This document shows positions 58,830-64,000 of a stretch of 64,000 bases of DNA, one piece after another. Position 1 is the first letter of the stretch. Every line of letters begins with the position of its first letter. Origin of the DNA: Bacteroidales bacterium (GTDB lineage: Bacteria; Bacteroidota; Bacteroidia; Bacteroidales; UBA932). A program made the translations under genes and the position numbers. The stretch lies in NCBI GenBank assembly GCA_017429425.1, contig JAFROY010000002.1:495317-559316 (forward strand), given 5' to 3'. The notes under the pieces are model-generated. The model was given only the letters and a program-made list of their open reading frames with translations. It was not told the origin of the DNA and did no database searches.

Positions 58830-61484
58830 TTATTGTTCTTCAATGATATGGACATCCCGCTGCGGGAACGGAATCGTAATGCCATTCTGATTCAACGCAG
58901 CGTAGATGGTCTCTTTTGCTCGGGCCGTATAGCCGAATCGTTCGGAGACCAGCACATACTGTTTGACGGCGATATCCACGGAACTCTCGCCGAAGTTCTC
59001 GAAAGTAACGTTGATCCCTCGCTTGGGATCTACGATTTCGCGGTTGAAGGCATCTTTGGTGCAAAGCGGCTTGAGCGCTTCCGAGAGCACCTCACGCACC
59101 TTCTCGACGTCGGTACCGTAGCTGACGCCCACGATAATCTTCAGGAACTCGTAGGCGTTGTTGCGCGTCAGGTTCTTGAAGTTCTTGTTGAAGAGCGAGG
59201 TATTGAGGAACGACATCACGGCACCGTCCAGGGTTTCAATCTGCGTGCTCTGGTAGCTGATGGAGGTCACCCTGCCGCGCACGCCGTCGCATTCCACCCA
59301 GTCGCCGACTCTCAGGCGGCCGGACATCAGCTGGATACCGTAGATGAAGTTGTTCAGGATATCCTTCATGGCGAGACCGAGACCGGTAGCCAGACCGGCG
59401 GCGATGATCGACACGGCACCCATCGGGATGCGCAGCAGCAGAATGGTGAGGATCACGTAGGAACCCCAGACCAGGATGCTGATGACGCTTTCGGAGAGAC
59501 TCAGGTTGATCTCGTTGGCCTCCACGTGATCTTTACCGCTTCTGCGACGGATATGACTGAACATCAAGTCTTTATAGATAAATCTCAACGCGTAGTTCAG
59601 GTAACGGAACACGAAGAACAGCGACGAAGCCAGCACGATCATATAGAACGAGAGTTTGAAGATCTCGTTGCCGTCGGCGTTCTTGAAGTCGAAGAAGGTC
59701 GTATAGAAAATCTGGTGACTGATTTCGCTGAGGTCGAATACGTCGAGCGCCATATAGACGCAGAGCGGAATCGAGCAGATGGCAGCCACGGGCACCAGTA
59801 CCTGGGAAATCAGGTCGTACCACCAGGTGACGCGGATCGTATCGCCGCGACGCTCCTTAGCCTCCGTAGTGGGATGGGCTTTGCGATACTCGGCCACCTT
59901 GCGGTCCAGATAGCGGACCTTGAACTGGTCAAGCAATACGATGACGGCCATAATGGCTTCTGCCATCGCCATCTGGAAGAGCCACCAGATGGCTATCTGG
60001 ATGCCCAGCAATACATAACCGCACCACGAAAGGATGGCAACGCCGACCAGGATGACCAGTGTAATCCATCCGATGATGATATCGGAATCAGCCTTGAATC
60101 TGCGGTTGTGCAGGCAGAGAATCAGCTGCCAGATGACCGCTATAATAATCATCGGCGGGAAGATGATGTTCATCATCCGGTTGGGCATGAAGACCACGCG
60201 GAAGATGATGATCAGGAATCCCAGCAGAATGGTGGGCTGATAGAGTTTCAGGCGGGGCGATGTCTCCTCCCCGCTGTGGCGGAGAAGTACGCTGCCCAGG
60301 ATGGCAACCATAATCCAGGCAAGCACGATCAGCAGCGAGGAGGCCACCTGGAAGAAGTTGTTGTCCACAACCTTGGAGATAATGTACTGACACAGGCCGA
60401 AGATGATGGTTCCGCACAGCAGCGTGATGCACGGCAGCCGGTGCTTGAAGACATCGGACTGCATGGCTTTGATCCTCGGACGCAGGATTGCCGCCAGCAG
60501 GAGGCTGAGCAGCGTAGCCACCAGCAGGATTCCGAACTGGGTGCCCAGGAAGCCGAATACCATGGGGCCGCGCCATTCGCTGGCTGCCAGCGTCTGGTCG
60601 AATGCCTTGGTGCGGCTGTATTTGTTGACGCAGTCGGCATAGGCACGTTTCCAGTTGCTGGAGAAACGTTTGATGATCCGGTCGTAATGGCCGGTGCCTT
60701 TGATGAACATTCGCCGCTGGATCACTTTATAGCGGTCCTGTGCATAATCGTACGACTCCTTGAGCCGCTGGCTGGCATCCTGATAATGCTCGTTGTCTTT
60801 GATAATGCGGTTCTTGGAATCCTGATACATCTTGAGCAGTGTGGCTGCATAGTGGATGCAGGAGTCACGGTCGGCCTGCCCCTGGTCGTCCAGGAAGAAG
60901 GCTGACAGGTTTCCGTTGGCATTCAGGCTGTCGAGCAACATACGGCGGCCGTTGACCATCCGGTCGCGCGTGCCGCGGCGCGGAGCGGTAGGCATCGCAT
61001 AGCTGCGGATACTGTCGTTCCTGTATTTCAGACTGTCAGGAATCTCCTTAATATCACGTAGTTCCGGCGGAAGGCGCCGCAACGATTCAATCAGGCGCGA
61101 GTAGCGGTCGATCTCCAGGTCGAGCGACGTGACAATCTCGTCGTAGGGCATCTTGCGCTCGTTGAAGGCCTCATACTGCTTCGTGACCTCCTTGAGCGCG
61201 TAGGTCATATCGAAGGTATAGTCCTGATTCTGGGAATAGAGCATCAGCGCCAGCTCGTTGCATTTCTTGAGCGTATTGACCATCACGCCGTGCTGTGAAC
61301 GGTTGCGGCTGTCGATCCGGTCCTGACGCGTGGCGCGCTTATCTACCTCCTGGCTCAATTCATAGCGGAGCACGGAGAGTGTCTTTCCCAGGTCTTTTTC
61401 GTTGAATACTGCCCCTGCCGGGATGGTCACGAGCAAGGCGGCCGCAACGAGGATAAGTCTGCGGAATTTATTCATTTTCAGCAT
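58830..61484 (-). CDS. Large MscK/MscS-family mechanosensitive channel with periplasmic N-domain
   Basis: 884 aa. A signal peptide is followed by a helical periplasmic region of about 300 aa, about 10 TM segments, and an MscS core GLATGLGLAMKDILNNFIYGIQLMSGRLRVGDWVE. Confidence 0.8.
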   Translation of the reverse strand: MLKMNKFRRLILVAAALLVTIPAGAVFNEKDLGKTLSVLRYELSQEVDKRATRQDRIDSRNRSQHGVMVNTLKKCNELALMLYSQNQDYTFDMTYALKEVTKQYEAFNERKMPYDEIVTSLDLEIDRYSRLIESLRRLPPELRDIKEIPDSLKYRNDSIRSYAMPTAPRRGTRDRMVNGRRMLLDSLNANGNLSAFFLDDQGQADRDSCIHYAATLLKMYQDSKNRIIKDNEHYQDASQRLKESYDYAQDRYKVIQRRMFIKGTGHYDRIIKRFSSNWKRAYADCVNKYSRTKAFDQTLAASEWRGPMVFGFLGTQFGILLVATLLSLLLAAILRPRIKAMQSDVFKHRLPCITLLCGTIIFGLCQYIISKVVDNNFFQVASSLLIVLAWIMVAILGSVLLRHSGEETSPRLKLYQPTILLGFLIIIFRVVFMPNRMMNIIFPPMIIIAVIWQLILCLHNRRFKADSDIIIGWITLVILVGVAILSWCGYVLLGIQIAIWWLFQMAMAEAIMAVIVLLDQFKVRYLDRKVAEYRKAHPTTEAKERRGDTIRVTWWYDLISQVLVPVAAICSIPLCVYMALDVFDLSEISHQIFYTTFFDFKNADGNEIFKLSFYMIVLASSLFFVFRYLNYALRFIYKDLMFSHIRRRSGKDHVEANEINLSLSESVISILVWGSYVILTILLLRIPMGAVSIIAAGLATGLGLAMKDILNNFIYGIQLMSGRLRVGDWVECDGVRGRVTSISYQSTQIETLDGAVMSFLNTSLFNKNFKNLTRNNAYEFLKIIVGVSYGTDVEKVREVLSEALKPLCTKDAFNREIVDPKRGINVTFENFGESSVDIAVKQYVLVSERFGYTARAKETIYAALNQNGITIPFPQRDVHIIEEQ

Positions 61485-61487
61485 CTT

Positions 61488-61955
61488 TTAGTATATCTTA
61501 TGCTGCATTTTAGCATAATCGTCAAATAGTTCCAGGCAGGCTTCGCGGTCGAGCGGGACCAGGAAGTCGCCCAGTTTGCCGCGGCCCGCGAAGAGTCCGT
61601 CAAACTTGTCGTCGCGGAATCCGATCCGGCCGTTGTCTTCAATCGTGCAGCCGTAATACACCCGGCGGATATGGCCCCAGAGGCAGGCACAGAGGCACAT
61701 CGGGCAGGGCTCGCCGGTGGTATAGAGATCGCAGCCGGAGAGGTTGTAGGTTCCCAGCCGGCGGCCGGCGTCGCGCATCGCGGAGACTTCGCCGTGGCAG
61801 GTGGGATCGTGGTCGACCAGCACGCAGTTGTGTCCGCGGCCAACGACCACGCCGTCTTTGACGATTACCGTACCGAAGGGGCCGCCGTGCTGCTGCGTGA
61901 TGCCCGCGCGCGCCTCTTCGATGGCCATTTGCATATATTTGTTGGTCGCTTTCAT
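61488..61955 (-). CDS. guaD: CDA-fold nucleoside/guanine deaminase (GuaD-like)
   Basis: 155 aa from ATG 61955. GGPFGTVIVKDG, the zinc motif CHGEVSAM (HAE variant) and EPCPMC. It closely resembles my recollection of B. subtilis GuaD. A -7 box lies 17 nt upstream. Confidence 0.75.
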   Translation of the reverse strand: MKATNKYMQMAIEEARAGITQQHGGPFGTVIVKDGVVVGRGHNCVLVDHDPTCHGEVSAMRDAGRRLGTYNLSGCDLYTTGEPCPMCLCACLWGHIRRVYYGCTIEDNGRIGFRDDKFDGLFAGRGKLGDFLVPLDREACLELFDDYAKMQHKIY

Positions 61956-61972
61956 AGCTTTACATTTTCCTA

Positions 61973-61980
61973 CAAAGATA
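61973..61980 (-). promoter_or_regulatory. -7 box TATCTTTG (minus strand) for the guaD-like gene
   Basis: TAnnTTTG 17 nt upstream of ATG 61955. Confidence 0.45.
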
Positions 61981-61995
61981 GGAAAAGTTTTTTCG

Positions 61996-62003
61996 TATTT
62001 TTG
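61996..62003 (+). promoter_or_regulatory. -7 box TATTTTTG for the nitrilase-family / HD / ahcY genes
   Basis: TAnnTTTG 18 nt upstream of ATG 62022. Confidence 0.45.
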
Positions 62004-62021
62004 TATGCTAAAACCGCGAAA

Positions 62022-62810
62022 ATGAAAGTCGTCCTCCTTCAACAAGACATCGTCTGGGCCAATCCCGCCGAGAATCTGAAACTCAATCGGATACGCATGG
62101 AATCGATGCCGGATGCAGACCTCTATCTTCTGCCGGAAATGCTTTCCACGGGCTTCGTAACAAACCCCGTCGGAGTGGCGGAAGAGTTGGTTGAAGGAAC
62201 GTGCGCTTCGCTGGAACTGATGAAGGAGTGGGCCGCCGCCAAAGATGCGGCTGTCTGCGGAAGTATCGCGGTGCACGACGGCGACCTGTATCGCAACCGG
62301 TTCTACTTCGTGAAGCCGGACGGTACTTTTTTCAGTTACGATAAACATCACCTTTTCGCCCCCGGCGGCGAGCCGGCCTTCATTACGCCCGGCAACGAGC
62401 GCGTGGTGGTCGAATGGCGCGGCATCCGCTTCCTGCTGATTGTGTGCTACGACCTGCGTTTTCCCGCATGGTGCCGGAACCGGGGGGACTTCGACGCGAT
62501 TCTCCTGACCGCGAACTGGCCCGGAATCCGCCGCTCGGCATGGGATATCCTCACGCAGGCGCGCGCCGTTGAGAATCAGTGTTATGTCCTGGCCGTCAAT
62601 CGGATCGGCAGCGACCCGAAAGATGGCTACAACGGCGGTACGCGCGCCATCAACCCCTACGGTGAAGTGATGGCGCAGGCAGAAGACAACCGGGAGGCGC
62701 TCGTAGAGGCGAAACTCAATCCTGCATTCGTCCGTCTTTACCTGGAGCGTTTTCCCGTGATCGATAACGCCGACGACACCATTCCCAATTATACGGAGGC
62801 ACGCCGATGA
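62022..62810 (+). CDS. Carbon-nitrogen hydrolase (nitrilase superfamily, omega-amidase YafV-like)
   Basis: MKVVLLQQDIVWANP..., LPEMLSTGF (Glu) and VCYDLRFP (Cys). ATG 62022 lies 18 nt after a TATTTTTG box. Confidence 0.8.
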   Translation: MKVVLLQQDIVWANPAENLKLNRIRMESMPDADLYLLPEMLSTGFVTNPVGVAEELVEGTCASLELMKEWAAAKDAAVCGSIAVHDGDLYRNRFYFVKPDGTFFSYDKHHLFAPGGEPAFITPGNERVVVEWRGIRFLLIVCYDLRFPAWCRNRGDFDAILLTANWPGIRRSAWDILTQARAVENQCYVLAVNRIGSDPKDGYNGGTRAINPYGEVMAQAEDNREALVEAKLNPAFVRLYLERFPVIDNADDTIPNYTEARR

Positions 62811-63472
62811 AGCCCATCCGCGATACCCTGCAACGCTTTGTCCGCGAGGAGATTCTTCCGCGTTACGACGCCTTTGACCCCGGTCACCGGAGAGATCACG
62901 CGGAAGCGGTGATCGCCCAGGCGCTGGAATTGGCGGAATATTACGGTGTTGATCCCGAAATCCTCTATGTAGCAGCAGCTTATCATGACCTGGGAATCGC
63001 TGAAGGCCGCGAGACGCACCACCTGGTCTCCGGACGTATCATCCGCGCCGATCAGCGATTGCTGAAGTGGCTTTCTCCCGAAGCCGTCGAACTGGCTGCC
63101 CAGGCTGCAGAAGACCATCGTGCTTCGTCCGACCGCGCACCGCGCACCCTCTACGGCCGCATCATTGCGGAAGCCGACCGCCTGATTGAACCGGAAACCG
63201 TCATCCGCCGCACGGTGGAATACGGCTTTTCGCACTATCCGGAACTGGACCGCGAAGGCCATTGGCAGCGCACGCTGAATCATCTTCACGAGAAATATGC
63301 CGAAGGCGGGTATCTGAAACTTTGGATTCCCGAATCGAGCAACGCGGAGCGGCTGGCCGAACTGCGCGCCCTAATTGCCGACGAGACGGCCCTTCGCACC
63401 CGATTTGAAAAATACTACGACTTATGCCTTACATCATCCGCAACGAATCGCTCTGGAAAGAGGGCGCACTGA
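62807..63472 (+). CDS. HD-domain phosphohydrolase
   Basis: HRRDHAEAV ... AAYHDLG (H...HD motif). ATGA overlap with the upstream stop. Confidence 0.7.
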   Translation: MKPIRDTLQRFVREEILPRYDAFDPGHRRDHAEAVIAQALELAEYYGVDPEILYVAAAYHDLGIAEGRETHHLVSGRIIRADQRLLKWLSPEAVELAAQAAEDHRASSDRAPRTLYGRIIAEADRLIEPETVIRRTVEYGFSHYPELDREGHWQRTLNHLHEKYAEGGYLKLWIPESSNAERLAELRALIADETALRTRFEKYYDLCLTSSATNRSGKRAH

Positions 63473-64000
63473 AAATAGACTGGGTCCGCCACCACATGCC
63501 GCTTCTGCGCGGCCTGGAGGCTGAATTTACTGCAGAAAAACCTTTTGCAGGCCTGCGAATCGCACTTTCCGTGCATCTGGAGGCCAAGACCGCTTACCTG
63601 TGCAAGGTGCTCGCCGCCGGCGGAGCTGAGATGTATGTTACGGGCAGCAATCCCCTCTCTACGCAGGACGACGTGGCAGCCGCCCTGGTTCACGACGGAC
63701 TGAACGTTTTCGCCTGGTACGGTGCGACTTCTGAAGAATATGAAGCCCACATCCGCCGCGTGCTGGAGGTGGGTCCGAACATCATCATCGATGACGGCGG
63801 CGACCTGGTGTCGCTGCTGCACGCCGAATACCCGCAGCTGATTCCCGGCGTGCTGGGCGGCTGCGAGGAGACCACCACGGGCATCCTGCGCCTGCAGGCG
63901 ATGGACCGCGAAGGAAAGCTCCGTTTCCCGATGATGCTGGTCAACAATGCCGACTGCAAGCACCTCTTCGACAACCGCTACGGCACAGGCCAGTCGGTCT
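63424..64000 (+). CDS. ahcY: Adenosylhomocysteinase, 5' part (truncated by window end)
   Basis: Not in the ORF track because there is no stop in the window. My own translation from ATG 63424 gives MPYIIRNESLWKEGALKIDWVRHHMPLL...VTGSNPLSTQDDVAAAL...IIDDGGDL...GCEETTTG...NNADCKHLFDNRYGTGQS, which are AhcY signatures. Confidence 0.85.
   Translation, partial: MPYIIRNESLWKEGALKIDWVRHHMPLLRGLEAEFTAEKPFAGLRIALSVHLEAKTAYLCKVLAAGGAEMYVTGSNPLSTQDDVAAALVHDGLNVFAWYGATSEEYEAHIRRVLEVGPNIIIDDGGDLVSLLHAEYPQLIPGVLGGCEETTTGILRLQAMDREGKLRFPMMLVNNADCKHLFDNRYGTGQSV

Noticed and set aside
58833-60905. 690-aa plus-strand ORF opposite the MscK-like gene. Similar mirror ORFs occur at 3142-4359, 9135-10214, 12256-13872, 17108-18676, 18806-19903, 35616-36650, 42873-44168, 46887-48032, 53045-54148, 55492-56811, 56841-57866 and 57879-58787.
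   Set aside because: All lie antisense to genes with strong family signatures and have low-complexity translations. None has its own -7 box or a plausible start context.
1-64000. Search for CRISPR arrays, tRNA/rRNA genes, IS elements, prophage genes and classical defence systems (RM, Abi, CBASS, retron-type genes)
   Set aside because: - No spaced direct-repeat array was found.
- Intergenic regions are at most 319 nt and contain no tRNA-like acceptor or T-arm sequences.
- No ORF showed transposase, integrase, nuclease-methylase or reverse-transcriptase motifs by eye.
- Absence is based on visual inspection only, not on a computed scan.

Overview
The window is 64 kb of densely packed chromosome, and I infer it comes from a high-GC Bacteroidota gut anaerobe. 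Three things support that: spot GC counts of about 55-60% on single 60-nt lines, TAnnTTTG -7 boxes 17-40 nt upstream of many ATGs with no Shine-Dalgarno, and Rikenellaceae/Alistipes-like gene content. I call 61 protein-coding genes, the last truncated by the window end. I found no rRNA or tRNA, no CRISPR, and no recognisable transposase, integrase or phage gene. The ORF track uses TTG/GTG starts, so several starts were re-set to the first plausible ATG.

Most of the content is core anaerobe metabolism:
- An 11.5-kb co-directional minus-strand gene train (7213-18691): iorA, iorB, aminotransferase, CoA-transferase, GH92, CDF transporter, cstA, C69 dipeptidase.
- A branched-chain amino-acid module (42813-48020): buk, ilvE, TPR protein and a 4-subunit 2-oxoacid:ferredoxin oxidoreductase.
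- Housekeeping genes: rlmD, mnmE, mutY, ridA, guaA-like, guaD-like, ahcY.

Candidates for new biology, best first:
1. A LytTR-flanked operon with a free-standing condensation-domain protein, a fatty-acid-type adenylating ligase and a dedicated carrier protein (49101-53314). It has a phased repeat array in its control region.
2. A five-gene operon in which the Ni chaperones hypB and hypA bracket a 942-aa multi-FeS/FAD oxidoreductase and precede two unknown membrane proteins. No hydrogenase genes are in the window (35541-40840).
3. A translationally coupled operon of CDP-alcohol phosphatidyltransferase, GtrA, lysolipid acyltransferase and a GNAT-like protein, converging on an OlsB/GlsB-type N-acyl amino-acid synthase (28840-32896).
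4. An AraC-linked set of flavoproteins carrying lipoprotein or Tat export signals (24410-28664).

Candidates 3 and 4 lie in a block of about 11.7 kb with lower GC (20249-31949) that has no mobility genes. All family assignments come from motif recognition by eye. No searches or computations were run.
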